Translations under genes and position numbers: made by a program
In this document: positions 1 through 15,029 of the stretch, piece after piece
Layout of the letters: each line of letters begins with the position of its first letter
How positions within the stretch are numbered: position 1 is the stretch's first letter
Notes under the pieces: generated by a model
What the model saw: only the letters and a program-made list of their open reading frames with translations
The model's database searches: none
What the model was told of the DNA's origin: nothing
NCBI GenBank assembly: GCA_951406725.2
Contig: OX597832.1
Span: 64,046,001 to 64,110,000, forward strand
Source: Octopus vulgaris
Taxonomy: Eukaryota
Length of the DNA stretch: 64,000 nt
Direction of reading: 5' to 3'

Positions 1-412
1 AACAAAACCCGTCAAAGGGCGGAGGAACTCTTGAGAGTCAACGGCCATCCAATAAATGTCATAAGGCTGTATCATGCGCGGGGACATAGAAATAATCGGA
101 CTGAATACCCGATCGCGCGGTTAAACCATTGGGAGTGAAGGACTCCTAGCCTTTGTTAGGGCATCCTTCCTTGGAGAAGGTAACTCAGGTAACTGGGCTA
201 ACTCCGACATAAAACCTGCGGCTCAGTGGTTACCGTAGATGTTGACTTGTTCTTCTTTTCAGATTATGGCTGCCGTTGCTTAGTGAGTGGGATTGACTCT
301 GTGCACAGCCTTTCCTCACTTTAAAAAAATCTTCTTGCACAGGCATTGCCCAATAACAATATTGATTAAGCTTCGCACAATGGCCATACTCGATAACGAG
401 GTGGCAGCCATC
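1..412 (+). mobile_element. Probable RTE-clade retroelement 5' UTR-derived fragment
   Basis: Motif gggcatccttccttggagaaggtaactc resembles the GGCAACC..CTAGGAGAAGGAAAACTC motif of RTE 5' UTRs; non-coding; runs into a (TA)n tract. Confidence 0.35.
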
Positions 413-449
413 ATATATATGTATATATGTATGCATATATGTATGCATG

Positions 450-482
<33 letters not shown>

Positions 483-974
483 ATGTATATATATGTATAT
501 ATATATATTTATATATATGTATATATGTATATATATGTATATATGTATATATATACATATATATATATATATACATATGTGTATATATATATGTGTGTAT
601 ATATATGTATATATATACATATATATATGTCTGTGTGTATGTATGTATATGAATGCAGGGACACAGTCTCCGGAAGTGTTCGATTGGTAATTTGGTGTTT
701 TTCTTTCATAGTTTTGTTTAAAATATCAAAAAGAACGTCATGATTATTTACATTTTTTCCCCTTCGTGTCGTAGCTTTATATAAATAATGTTGTCATTGT
801 GCACAGGTCATGACTATTGACCGAATGATTAGCTTAAAATTTGTTTAATTACTTTAACTCTTATTTATGGTATTTAAATTTAATGACAGGTTTTTCCCGA
901 ATCACATTTTCGTTCCATTTGTCATGTGTGTACGCGTGTATATATGTATATATATATATATAGACACACACATA

Positions 975-1033
<59 letters not shown>

Positions 1034-1194
1034 GTATATATATATGTGCATACAAACAAATACACATATACACGCATTGGTACGTACAAACACACATATA
1101 TACAAGAAACTTTGGCGAGAACAACTGATGGTGTGTGTCGACAAATATTGATTACAGTCACATCACAGAAGAGAAAAATTAGTTGACCCCAGAA

Positions 1195-1277
1195 AGGAAG
1201 GGGTGACGTCTGATGTAAATAGAATAGGGCACACTGTTGAGGGGTTTGGCCCCAAATGTCAGACGTCTCCGCTTCCT
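1195..1277. other. Isolated ~22-bp imperfect stem-loop (pre-miRNA-like or mini-foldback)
   Basis: aggaaggggtgacgtctgatgt (1195-1216) pairs with atgtcagacgtctccgcttcct (1256-1277): 20 of 22 positions pair on the + strand including 2 G-U; 39-nt loop. Confidence 0.4.
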
Positions 1278-1316
1278 CACAGCAAATTAAATTATCCAAT
1301 TGTGTGTGTATGTGTA

Positions 1317-1433
<117 letters not shown>

Positions 1434-2279
1434 GTATATATGTATATATATATATACATACACACGCAGACATACACATATGTATGTGTGTTTATGTGTA
1501 TATTTATATATGCGTATGAGTGAGTGTATTGTCTCTACGATTTGGTAAAATCCATTATCTGAACTAAATTTGCAAAGGTAAAAACAAAACAAGAACAAGA
1601 ACAAAAAGAAAAAAAAAACAAAAATGATTCGTTGTAACGAACAAGCAAATAAATATAAACATAGAAATCTATATAGTTCAGTTAACAAACAAACAGATAC
1701 TCCCATCAGACATGCAAACAAGAGGCACCCAATAAACGAATCAACGAACCTGCTTTAAAGCTAGCAGCGAGACACAGAGACACACAAACAACACTTAAAT
1801 AACAGGCAGCATAACATCAAACAAGCAACTTTACAAAACAGTAAAACAACAAATTAACAGGCATACACAATAACGATGTAGTCAATACTGAAGTAATTTG
1901 ATTCTTTTCAAAACCTAATTTGGCAAAGCCCCCAGCCAAATTATAATGTACATACGCGCACGCACACATGCACACGCGCAAGTATATCTATGTGTGAATA
2001 TATATATATATATATATATGTGTATATGTATACTACAAACATACATACGGATACGTACGAGGACACACCGGTCTGTCAATGAAAGCACATTAATGAAACC
2101 ACATGAGATATAGTCCAGGCGCTCGACAAACTCATCGTGTATTGCTTGCAGGAAAAGCAGATAGATGGCGGTGAATGGGAAGGAGAATAGAACGTTTCAC
2201 ACACACACACACATACGCGCGCACACATAACTCTATATATTTATAAATTTCATTTTCTGTATGTGTGGGAGCCTCTGTG

Positions 2280-2337
<58 letters not shown>

Positions 2338-2844
2338 AGGTGGGTAGAGAGAGAGAGTGAGAGAGAGAAATACTGTAAGATAAAGAGTAAGGTATGTATG
2401 AGAGGGGAAGTGTCTTAGAGAGAGTTAAAAACTAAAATAATAAACAGACGTAGATATAGCGGGACAGAAAGATAGACCGTTAGATAGACAGCTAACTATC
2501 TAGATTGCTAGATAGACCGCTACACAGATAGATAGATTGAAAGGTAGGTTGATGGATAGGCAGATAGATAGAAGGGGGCGTTGTAAGATTGTAGAAGAGA
2601 TGACCCAGATTATTGAGTTTCAGATCAAATGCTTTGCAGCTTCAGCCGTGTATCTCGTCGAGTGTTACGTTGACATTCAGCCTTCTGCGACCGATAAATG
2701 AAATACCAGCAGTATACTGGGGCCGATATTATCGACTATACTTTTCTTCAATTTCCGCTAGAAATAGTAGCCATACATCTTTTAATTTACTTTATCGCCT
2801 TCGGTAAGATAGCGAGCATATTGAAACATATTGTCCTACATATG

Positions 2845-2986
2845 GGCGCGGGCGTGGCTGTTCAGGTAAGAATATCGCTTCTCATCTATGTGGTCTCGGG
2901 TTCAGCTAACACTGTGCAGCACTTTGGGTAAATGTTTTCTACTATAGCCTCGGGCCAACCAAGGCCTTGTGGGTGGATTTGTTTGA
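2845..2986 (+). mobile_element. tRNA-derived SINE, 5' part (degenerate)
   Basis: ggcgtggctgt...ggtaag A-box-like and gggttcag B-box-like head; similar to copies at 6626, 14411, 19421 and 52145. Confidence 0.7.
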
Positions 2987-3507
2987 CCAAGAATTTTTGA
3001 CTTAAAATCCTCACTGCGGAAAGTAAAGAAATGGAAACATGGATTTTTTTTCAATGAATAAATAGAGAGATAATAAAAAGTATAAATGAAAATATTTCGT
3101 CGTGGGTTGTAAAAAATTTAGGGATTGTTGTCTCGAGTTTCTTATAAATTCTAGTCAAGAATTTATGAAAGACGAAATATCGCCGTCTCCTCTACTCAAA
3201 GCATCTTCCATTGCTCTTATCTGCTGATATCAAATAACAAAGCCAGCTTTCTGCCTGAAACGCCAGAACAGTTTCAATGGATTTTGGAAGAACAATCCCC
3301 AATTTTTCTTGCTCTAAGGAAATATCTCGGTGAAAAGAAATGTGCTTATTTTTGGATGCCTTTTTTTCTTTTCGCGTTTAAGATTATAGTTTAAGAATTA
3401 GAATTAAAATCTGGACAAAAATCAAAAGAACAAAAACAAAATCCGATTCAATGCATGCCATATTCTGCATAATACATACATAGCGCGTGTACAAAAATGT
3501 AGATACG

Positions 3508-3538
<31 letters not shown>

Positions 3539-3637
3539 GTATATGATATATATATATATATTACATACACAGGCCTAACACACATATGTATGAAATTAGA
3601 TGAGTATATACGTGTATATATACCCTTATGTATTCAT

Positions 3638-3669
<32 letters not shown>

Positions 3670-3800
3670 TTATATATATATATATATATGTATATATATG
3701 TATGCAAGTGTATGCATTTATATGCACACACATCTATATATACGCACGTATATGAATATACATATGCATGCATATACATATGGCTACACGCACCTATATA

Positions 3801-3860
<60 letters not shown>

Positions 3861-5327
3861 GTGTGTATGTTTGTATACACACATGTGTGTGCACATACAT
3901 ATATATGTATATATATAGACATTTTTCTTTTTAAAGGGCTTCTTGTAAATATATTTATAAAGGTTTCTAAATATATTTTCTCATTTTTTTTTCACAACGA
4001 CCATAATCATATTGAAAAGGAATTAACGAATCAGATTAAATTAACTAAAAGAAAATTTCCAACCAATCAACACATCGCACCTGTATATCTCTCCCTATTC
4101 CCCCTCTCTTTAACTATCATTAATACTTTCCGTCCTTCTGCCATTCTCCCCTTCTCTCTCTCTCTCTTTCTCTGTGTGTGTATATATATATATGTATATA
4201 TATATATACACATTTCTTTCTGCCTCTCTAGTAACTAAGTACACACACACACACACAAATATAAATATAACACCTTCACATATAACCAACCACAAACATT
4301 TACAATAACGTACACACACACGCTCGCGCACACACGCACGCAGTCACACGCGTATACACAAATGTTCATTCCTTTGTGCATACATACTCACCCACACACA
4401 CAGACACACATTTCAAGGCATGTGTGCACACAAACATACAAACACTGATTCATCTGTTCACACACACACACACATACATGCCGAAATATATACACATTGA
4501 AAGACACGTATACGCATACACACACACAAACACATATTTAATGATACGCATACGGAAACACTGACAATCATTGACACACACGCTTTTAAAAACACATATA
4601 CACAAATAAACTCAAGTATTCTATTCCCTTATATAATCATACATGCACACATATTTTAAAATACAAACACACATACTTTCAAAGCCACACACTCACACAT
4701 ACACGCACACACACATTGGAGGCTATTTACACGTGTGCACACATGCACACGAATATGCGTGCGAGCATGCGCGTACACACACAAACATACACACATTGAA
4801 GGCCATTTACACATGCACACACATACACACACGAATATGCGTGCGAACACGCGCACGTGCACACACAGAGGAATGCTCCTTGTTGGAAGCGCTGACCTTA
4901 TTGCATTTCAAAACAATTGTATATCACGGTTTATATCGTTTGCTTTCACTTCCGGCCAACAACAACAACAACAACAATTTTTTTTTTCTATCAAATGATA
5001 AAACAAAAAAGTCAAACCATCGCGCAACAACAACAACAACAAGAACAACAACATCGGCCTTTATTAATACTATTTGACATCTGAGAGATCAAAAGATGTT
5101 TTAAAAGAATTCGCTTTAAATCAATGATTTGATAGAACGCTGAAGAATGGCAGCAATGTACATTATAAACAGCGGACCCAACCAGCCAGCCAGCCAGCCA
5201 GCCAGCCAGCCGACCAGTCGACCAACAAATAAATAAACAACAAAATTAATACAGTAATAACAACAACAACAAACGCCGAAGATTTAAAACAAAACAAAAA
5301 TCAATAACGGAAACGAGAAATTTTGGT

Positions 5328-5361
<34 letters not shown>

Positions 5362-5875
5362 CCAGGACTAGAACAGCGAAGATGAAAAAGAAAGAGAGAA
5401 CCCAAGTTAACTAATTCAATTGATTAGTAATAGATTGTGTCTAATACATTCCGACGGACAAACGAGTCTTTTGATAGCTCTTCCCTGGTTAAAGATAGCC
5501 ATGGCATGGCACGACATGGCGTTGGTACACGTTTCTTCATTTTGAGGTTGGTTAAAAATTTACGAATATCTGAGAACCTTTGAGTCTTATAGCTTCTTGG
5601 ACGGCAATTTATGCGAGGCGAAAACTGTCTAGAAGCCCTTCCTTTTATGGGGGGGGGACAGGCTTTGTCCTGAGGTAGATTTAATATACATCGCTCTGTT
5701 TAACATCAGTACTATACTACCGACACATACACACACAAGTTACGTTGACGTCATTATTCTAAAGAAACTCTAAGAACAGCTACGCAACATTTACTGATGG
5801 CACGGCTCAATATCGAAAGTAGAGTCAAATTAATTGCAACGTTCCTGTTGACTGGGAGTTCAGATTGCGCCTTAG

Positions 5876-5934
<59 letters not shown>

Positions 5935-6625
5935 ATCTATCTATCTATCTATCTTATCCATCCATCCATCCTCAGGTGCACGCACACAATGAAATGAGAT
6001 TTTTCTGGGATTTAGTTTCGTCTGAGGGATTATTTAACCATTCTGACTGAATAAACCATCAAGCGAAGCTTGAAGTCGTTAGTGAAAATAGATCTTATAA
6101 TAAATTTGACTCTACTTGTCTTTTATAAATCTCCCATAAGTAAACATTCTGCTTTATTTTTAAAATTCTTTTAAATAGCAACCCTAATCCGACAACACAC
6201 ACACACACACACACACTATGTAATGAACGAAGCATTTGTATTTATGACCGCACAGTGGCAGAATGAGACCCACTTAGTTTGAAACAGTGATTAATATGTT
6301 GTGATGCATGCAGCTTCACTCTACGGCGTATATCTTCAAAATCCTCTTCGAGTTATGTTTTACCAATAAAGACTAACGGCAGACTAAAGGCGATCGATTC
6401 ACCCTCCCACCCCACCAGCATTGTCCCTGTTAAGGAACTGCTTCGCCATACCGAATCTATTCTATAATCTCCGCAGACTTTCTTTAAAAAGAAAAATCCA
6501 AGTAGTAGGGACGATTCGCTCGAGTAAACCACTTTAAAGCGGTGCTATAGTATGGCCGTAGTCCAATAAATGAAGCACAAAACTATGTGTGTGTCTGTGT
6601 GTATAATATATATATATATATATAA

Positions 6626-7020
6626 TCTTTTATTTCAGTCATTTGACTGCGGCCATACTGAAGCACCGCCGTTAGTCGAACACTTCGACCCCCAAGACAT
6701 TCTGTTGTAAGCTTGGTACTTATTCTATCGGTGTCTTTGGTCGAACCGCCAAGTTACGGGAGCGAAAACAAACCAACATCGGTTGTCAAGCGATGGAGGC
6801 GGGGCGACACACACAGACACACAAACATGCACACACACAAACACACACTTATATATACGACAGGCTACTTTCAGTTTCCGTTTACCAAACCCACTCACAA
6901 GGCTTTGTTCGGCGCGAGGCTATAGCAGAAGACACTTGCCCAAGGTACCACGCAGTGGGACTGAATCCGGAACTATGTGGCTGTTAAGCAAGCTACTTAC
7001 CACATAGCCACGCCTGCGCC
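6626..7020 (-). mobile_element. Full-length tRNA-derived SINE (family A, internal CA/TA microsatellite)
   Basis: Reverse strand starts ggcgcaggcgtggctatgtggtaagtagcttgc and ends ggcggtgcttcagtatggccgcagtcaaatgactgaaa; multiple paralogues in the window. Confidence 0.85.
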
Positions 7021-7418
7021 TATAAGTACTATATATATATAATGTGTGTATGTGTGTGTGTGTGTGTACAGCGTTTACTAAATTATTATCGACGGGGAGG
7101 TCAGACAGACTGGAAAACAGAAAAAAATTAAAGAGGCTAGGAATGAACTCGACCACCATAGACAAATGGAGGTAATCAATGTATTGATGCTGAGAAAAAT
7201 ACTGAGAAATCAAATTTGTCTCGTAAATTATCAACGCGATTCGTCAGCTTTTCTCTTGCTGCAAGCCAGCACGTGCACAAATTAGTATGATTACTTTGCG
7301 ATTTGATGGAATCGCTAAAAGTTCGCTAAGTTACCGGAGAGACTACATAACCATGATGGGTCTGAAACGAAAGGTGAAACGATCAAGAGGTTCTTTTTTG
7401 AAGAAGTAATAATAATAA

Positions 7419-7877
7419 TGGTTTCAAATTTTGGCACAGCGCCAGTAATTTCGTGAGAGAGGGTAAGTGGATTACATCGACCTCAGTGGTTAACTGGTAC
7501 TTATTTTAGGGCGGCGAGCTAGCAGAAGCGTTAGCACACCGGGCGAAATGCTTTGCGGTACTTCGTCTGCTGTTACGTTGTGAGTTCAAATTCCGCCGAG
7601 GTCGACTTTACCTTTCATCCTTTCGGGGTCGATAAATTAAGTACCAGTTACGCACTGGGGTCGATGTAATCGACACAATACCTATGTCTGTCCTTGTTTG
7701 TCCCCTCTATGTTTAGCCCCTTGTGGGTAATAAAGAAATAGGTACTTATTTTATCGGCCTCGAAAGGATGACAGTTAAAGTCTACCTCGGCGGAATTTAA
7801 ACTCAGAATGTAAATACGGACGAAATGCCGCTAAGCATTTTGTCCGGCGTGCTAACAATTCTACCAGCTCACCGCCT
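7419..7877 (-). mobile_element. SINE family B copy interrupted by a nested SINE
   Basis: Family core (gtcgactttgcctttcatcctttcggggtcgataaa...gtaccag, degenerate) on the reverse strand, split at a 13-bp target duplication. Confidence 0.8.
7509..7740 (+). mobile_element. Young nested SINE (family B) with 13-bp TSD
   Basis: ggcggcgagctagcagaagcgttagc head; flanked by ggtacttatttta at 7496-7508 and 7741-7753. Confidence 0.85.
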
Positions 7878-7895
7878 TGATAATGATAATAAGAA

Positions 7896-8023
7896 TGGTT
7901 TCAAATGTTGACACAAGGCCAGCAATTCTGGTGGTAGGTGTTAAGTCAATTACATCGACCTCAGTATTCTACTGGTATTTATTTTATCGACCCCGAAAGG
8001 ATGAAGTGCAAAATCGATCTCAA

Positions 8024-8106
<83 letters not shown>

Positions 8107-8305
8107 CCTTTCTATTGGAGGCACAAGGCCTCAAATTTTGGGGGAGGGGGCTAGTCGATTACAACAACCCAAGTGTTTATCGACCCCGAAAGGATAAATG
8201 GCAAAGTCGACCTCGGCGGAATTTGAACTTAGAAAAGTAGCGACGGACGAAATACCGTTATGCAATTCACCCACCGTGCTAACGATTCTACCAATTCGCC
8301 GCCTT
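7896..8305 (-). mobile_element. Two further family B SINE copies separated by (AAT)n
   Basis: Repeated atcgaccccgaaaggat core and acaaggcc tail. Confidence 0.75.
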
Positions 8306-8333
8306 AAATAATAATAATAACGGTTGCTTTTAA

Positions 8334-8557
8334 TGTCATGTGAAAAGTGGGGGCTACAGAAAGGCAAGACACGGTATGAGCACAAAACACAGGGAGTGGC
8401 AGAGTAGGTGGCCTGAAAATTCCCGTGGGATTTTCCAATTCTAACGGACCAGAAACTCGAACAGAGTAAGCCACACCTAGTGGTGGTGGGTAAAGTAAAC
8501 CACATGCGCTCTGTAGTTGATGTTGCATGCTGCTTTGAACCACGAATAGTCAAAAAA
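8334..8557 (+). pseudogene. R4/Dong-like non-LTR retrotransposon, restriction-like endonuclease region (5' piece)
   Basis: Translates to CEKWGLQKGKTRYEHKTQGVAE*VA*KFPWDFPILTDQKLEQSKPHLVVVGKVNHMRSVVDVACCFEPRIVKK, matching the WDF.IQTD...NRPD...IDVA pattern. Confidence 0.75.
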
Positions 8558-8580
8558 GCAGGCGAATATATACATATATT

Positions 8581-8800
8581 AAGGCGGCGAACTGGCAAAA
8601 ACGTTAACACGCTGGGCAAAATGGTTAATGGTATTTCGTCTGTCTTTACGTTCTGAGTTCAAATTCCGCCGAGGTCGACTTTGCTATTCATCCTTTCGGA
8701 GTCGATAAATTAAGTACCAGTTGCTTACTAGGGTCGATCTAATTGACTGGCTCCCTCCCCCCAAAATTCAGGTCTTGCGCCTAGAGTACAAAAGAATATA

Positions 8801-8864
<64 letters not shown>

Positions 8865-9083
8865 CACTTATATAAAAGAATATATATATATATACACACA
8901 TATATATATTTCGTCTGTCGTTACGTTCTGAGTTCAAATTCCACCGAGGTCGACTTTGCCTTTCATCCTTTTGGGGTCTATAAATAAAGTACCAGTTTCG
9001 CACTGGGGTCGATGTAATCGACTTAATCCGTTTGTCTGTCCTTGTTTGTCCCCTCTACGTTTAGCCACTTGTGGGCAGTAAAG

Positions 9084-9086
<3 letters not shown>
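8581..9086 (+). mobile_element. Two family B SINE copies
   Basis: aggcggcgaactggcaaaaacgttaac head; ctgagttcaaattcc(g/a)ccgaggtcgactttgc core occurs twice. Confidence 0.8.
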
Positions 9087-9141
<55 letters not shown>

Positions 9142-9145
<4 letters not shown>

Positions 9146-9420
9146 GAAATTTACAGAAAACAAAAGACGGAGAGAGATGTAGGAACAACATGCTGGTGTA
9201 TTAGTTTAACACTCGGGAAAAATGAAAAAGTCTTTTACGTTTCGAGCCGACACTCTTCGATAGAAAGGAATAAGATATGGGAAAATGGAGAGAATGAAAA
9301 ACCGGAGAGAGAAAAATATGCAGAGTTCAACAGTCCGACATGGTTAGATGACTGGAAAAAAATAGTCTGAATGAAAGCGAGATAATAACGGTAACGGCGA
9401 CACCCAACGAACTAAGGCGC
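9142..9420 (-). mobile_element. Penelope-type terminal fragment with a decayed minimal hammerhead (9232-9267)
   Basis: Reverse strand cttt-CTATCGA-A-GAGT-gtcg-GCTC-GAAAC-GTA-aaag; related to 21770, 29640 and 59620; abuts (TA)n. Confidence 0.6.
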
Positions 9421-9741
9421 GCAAGTGTGTGTGTGTGTGTGTATCTGTGACCAAACCGTGTGCATGTGTATGGTGTATATATGTGGGCGAATGTTATCGC
9501 TGTCTATGTATGTATGTTGCGTGTGTTAAGGCGAGTTGCGTGCGTATGTATATACAGCTTGTGTTCAGGTGTTATATGCTTGTGTAGGTGTTGGAGTGTG
9601 CATGATGGTGTGTTGTGTGTGTACTGAGTTAAACAGTGTGTGTGGCTGCTCATATAGTGGTATGTGTGGTGACGCTACTAAAGATTGCGTGTGGGTGTGT
9701 GGATAATGGTGTGTGGCGTGGGTGCTGAGAGATGTGTGTGC

Positions 9742-9775
<34 letters not shown>

Positions 9776-9777
<2 letters not shown>

Positions 9778-10060
9778 TACCCTCTTATATACGTGGTAGC
9801 TCGACTATGGAAAATGAAGAATGTGAAGGTTGTCAATTATTGTTGGATCTTTGAAGGCAGTATCAAAAGACATTGACAGGTATATAAAGAAAAGGGGAAT
9901 AGAGTGCCCAGTCAAACTGTTACAAAAGGCCTGCCTCCTTGGTATGACCAGAATAATCAGAAAAGTATTAAAGAGTAGAAAAGAACGAATAGCATGGTAC
10001 CGTAGGCCACAGGTAGCAATCCCGCTACGCATGCAAGACTTAAAGAATTCCAAGAAAAAC
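9776..10060 (+). pseudogene. R4/Dong-like LINE C-terminus and 3' UTR (continuation of 8334-8557)
   Basis: YYPLIYVVARLWKMKNVKVV / IIVGSLKAVSKDIDRYIKKRGIECPVKLLQKACLLGMTRIIRKVL with one frameshift. Confidence 0.75.
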
Positions 10061-10583
10061 TGAGCCAAAAGACTGATCATGATGATGATTTTGAATTTTG
10101 GCACAAGGCCCACAGTTTTGGTAGCTAACCGCTCAGTCAATTATATCGACCTCCGGTACGCAATTTGTACTATATTTTATCGGCTCCGAATGTATGGAAG
10201 GCAAAGTTGATTTCGGTGAGATTTGATTCCACAACGTAAAGACGCGTAACTAAATTCCGCCAGAAGTTATTTCCGACGCTCTAAATATTCTGCCAATTCA
10301 ACATACCCTAAAAATGATGATGATGATGATGACGTCATCATTAGGGAATAGGATTATACTTTTCGTTCATTATCACCCAAGTAACACTCAATAAGTAAAT
10401 AAACTCTCACTTGTAATTATATTGTTTCGGAGAAGCATTGGAGTGAAGTTCTTGTTGGCAGCAACGCACAACACAACACACACACACACTTGATCGAGTT
10501 GAACATTATACACACCGCTAGATATTACTCGCTTGGAAGTGACGGTTGTTTATTACCTATCTGTATGTATGTCTCTCTCTGTC

Positions 10584-10621
<38 letters not shown>

Positions 10622-11040
10622 GCCACGTTTCTATTGTATATCACCCCCCATCCTTCGTATCTACAGCCAGCCGTCAGTTAAGCGACCACCTAACCTCCAA
10701 TTTCTCTATTGAATTAAAACCGACCGATATTTAGACAGTTTTAGCGAATTTGATTTATCTTACAAGACTCAAGTTGTTTATACTTGACAAAACTGTCTAA
10801 TCAGAGACTATACAAACAGACAACCACAAACGCACGCATCCATACCGACATACATATACACATACCATGCATACACACACACATATATACCATACATACA
10901 TATCTATGCACACATATATACACGTTTGTTATTTGTAAGCAAAATATACAAACACACAAATGAACACATCAGTGTATGTGTGTGCGTGCGCGCATACACA
11001 CACACATACGTATTTGTGTATGTATGTAACCACATATTGA

Positions 11041-11076
<36 letters not shown>

Positions 11077-11368
11077 CGTGTTTGTCTACGAGTATTTAGA
11101 AATATAATTACATATGTAATTATATATATATACACACATAAGTACATATGTAATTACGCACACTTATGTATTTATACATACACACGCTCACATGTTCCCC
11201 CCTCCTACAAATATATTTTAATTACTGGTCAATTTAATGTCTGATTTTTGTCTTTTTGAATTTTAATTGAGACTCTTTGTCTCATAACCTTGTATGTTTG
11301 AAGAATTTCTGAAATTAGCCTTTATGTGTGTGTCGCTCTCTGTCATTGTGTGTGTGTGTGTCTGTGTG

Positions 11369-11414
<46 letters not shown>

Positions 11415-11972
11415 TGCGTGTGTTGTGTGTGTGTGCGTGGGTGTGTACGTGCGTGCGAGTTAGTTTGAAGAGGTCGGATGGAATGCTTTGCAGTAATAGT
11501 TCGATCTCTATGCGCTCTGAATTCAAATGTCGCACGCCTCAACTTTGCTTTTCATCCTTTTTTCTTTGGTGGTGGTCGTGACGGTGATGGTGTTTGGAGC
11601 GGGAATCGGTATATTTCAAAGCTGTAGTAGAGAATTAGTGGAAGAGATTCTGCCCCATACAGTTTAAAATGACAGCAAATTCTTAACATTTGATTTCATC
11701 CAAATCCTTCGAGTTATGAATTACTAAGTGGCCAGAGTCGAAACATATATAGGTTTTTGGAGTATCTTTTGTATTTAAATTTTCACTTCAAACTATAATA
11801 GAAATAAATTAACTATACATCTTCAGCTCTCCATTTTCTTACATCATTATTATTAATAATACTTGTTATGATAATGTATAACATATTGTAGAGATTTTCT
11901 ATGATGGAGATTAAATCAATGGATTTTTGGATTTACTAATCCCTAATGAGGACACGACATCCTTGAAATGAA

Positions 11973-12044
<72 letters not shown>

Positions 12045-13136
12045 TTTATATATATAAACAGAGACGAGGAACATATATGGATGTGTTTCAATTTTGGTTT
12101 TGCACCACTAGTATATCATAGTCTTACTTCTTTAACATAGATATGAAAAAAATAACATTACCTGAAGGATAATTCAGTCTTACGTTGACAAGGACAAATA
12201 GCTTAATTAAAACGGAAAGGAACTTCAGGAAAAAATAACTGAAAGAAGGTAATGTCATTGATTTTGTATTACAAATGACGGCGGAGGGTTTCCTGTATGT
12301 CGTACACGATATTAAAATTTTATTCGTGGAACTGACAATAATTTCTAACAACTCTGATGAGAAGTAGAAATCATTTCTAGGAATTTCGAACTACATTAGA
12401 ATTAGCATGATTTAGAGAAAAAGAGCATCTGATCTTCGTTCGGAAGATGGTGGTGAGCGATAACTTTGGTTGCGTTTTGCCCTCGGCTTAGCCTCGTTAG
12501 CATAGCATAGTCATTTTCTTCTCAGAAAAGTTATGGACATGTTAACCATTACGGAAAAAGAATAAGACCCTGTTAACCCTGCAAACTTTTCCTCATGAGA
12601 GCGAGAAGGAACTATGAGAAAATAACCAAAAGGGCTACTCGATCCCTCCTGCATCTAAGTAATTCATTCTTGCAATATATTCAAACCTATATCCTATAAA
12701 TGAATGGTAACGTTCCAATAGTAACCGATATCTCGAGATAAAGTTAATCAAAGCCTATATATATATATATATTTAATCATCTAAATATACCGGAAATAAC
12801 AGAATCTGTATGTTTCATTATTAAAATACCTAAGCGAATGATGCTACAAACTCTGGAATCTCAAACATTCGCGAGTTAAATACACAATAACAAGCGAGTG
12901 AAGAAAAACAAAATATACTGGAATAAATGGCACGACTAAGAATAAGCAGAATTTCATATTTACACACAGAATATATTTTGGGAATTGAATGGAGGTGACT
13001 TTACATTAAAAGTGGTGTTCTACATTTTAAGGAGACAAAAACCAAAATTAACTCTTGCAGTATCTACACATTGTTATATGCTATTAATATATGATTATTT
13101 ATGTGCGAATGTACTCGATGTCATAAGATAGAGCTG

Positions 13137-13186
<50 letters not shown>

Positions 13187-13229
13187 CCATGTATGTATAT
13201 TCATGTGTGCGTGTGCCTATTATCAAACA

Positions 13230-13446
13230 AAGATCAAAGGTACACTGCGGATTCTGTGGTGCATATATTCCACGCCACACCGGATGGGACGCTGTTCCGT
13301 CGGAGGATTACTGTTTTGACAGGAGAGTGGACTGGGGAAACATGAAATGAAGTGTTTTGCTCAAGAACGCAACGCATCACCCGGTTCAGACACTGAACTC
13401 AGATTCTTACGATCATGAGTGCAAGACCATAACCACTAAGCCATGA
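13230..13446 (-). mobile_element. tRNA-derived SINE (family C)
   Basis: Reverse strand catggcttagtggttatggtcttgcactcatgatcgtaag head; gttcttgagcaaaacactt body shared with 39743 and 43446. Confidence 0.7.
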
Positions 13447-13454
13447 GACTCCAC

Positions 13455-13703
<249 letters not shown>

Positions 13704-13794
13704 GATATTTTTCTATCTGTCTATCTGTACATATATGCCTACATATATACACACATATATACGTATATATATATATGCACATATATATGTGTCT

Positions 13795-13828
<34 letters not shown>

Positions 13829-14307
13829 GCATATATACAGGTAAATAACCATACATGTAAAACCATACCTGCCTGCTCTTTAACTTTCTCTGTCGTGTGT
13901 ACTCTGCGTAAGTTTGATCTGCTAATATATGTGTGGATATTCCTATATACAAACATATACATGCATGTAAATATGTCTGAATATATACATACATACATAT
14001 ATACATACATACATAGTTATATATATATATATATATATTATGTGAAATAGAAAGATGAATAATCTTGTAGTAGATTAATCAAAAGTTTCGCCATGGGCTC
14101 TTAGGAGCATAGTTCGATTTGTTTTTGCTCCGCCTCTGTTCTGTTTTTGTTTTTCCAACGGATTTCCTATTTTCTTCCTGAAGAGAAAGACACAATATGG
14201 TCCCATTATTCCATCGGATTTTGGTAATTTGTGCCTTTCGAAACACGTGTAGAATGAAATAAAACGATTTCTGTTCAATCTGCGTTCAGCTCCATTTCTT
14301 CAATTCA

Positions 14308-14896
<589 letters not shown>

Positions 14897-15029
14897 AAAT
14901 AAAAAAATGGAGAAATACACTTTAATCAATAATCAGCTACCAGATAATACCCAATCACATAATTTCGTTACGGTTGGTTCATTAAGGTATAGAGGGAAAA
15001 ATAACGAAAGATCACACGTACATCGATTA

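Noticed and set aside
650-840. Hairpins (ggtca/tgacc-gaa) faintly like the retrozyme family
   Set aside because: No recognisable catalytic core, and the similarity is too weak to support by eye
2057-2150. Minus-strand ERLDY...LTD peptide
   Set aside because: No E after LDY, spacing is off and splice sites are weak; probably chance
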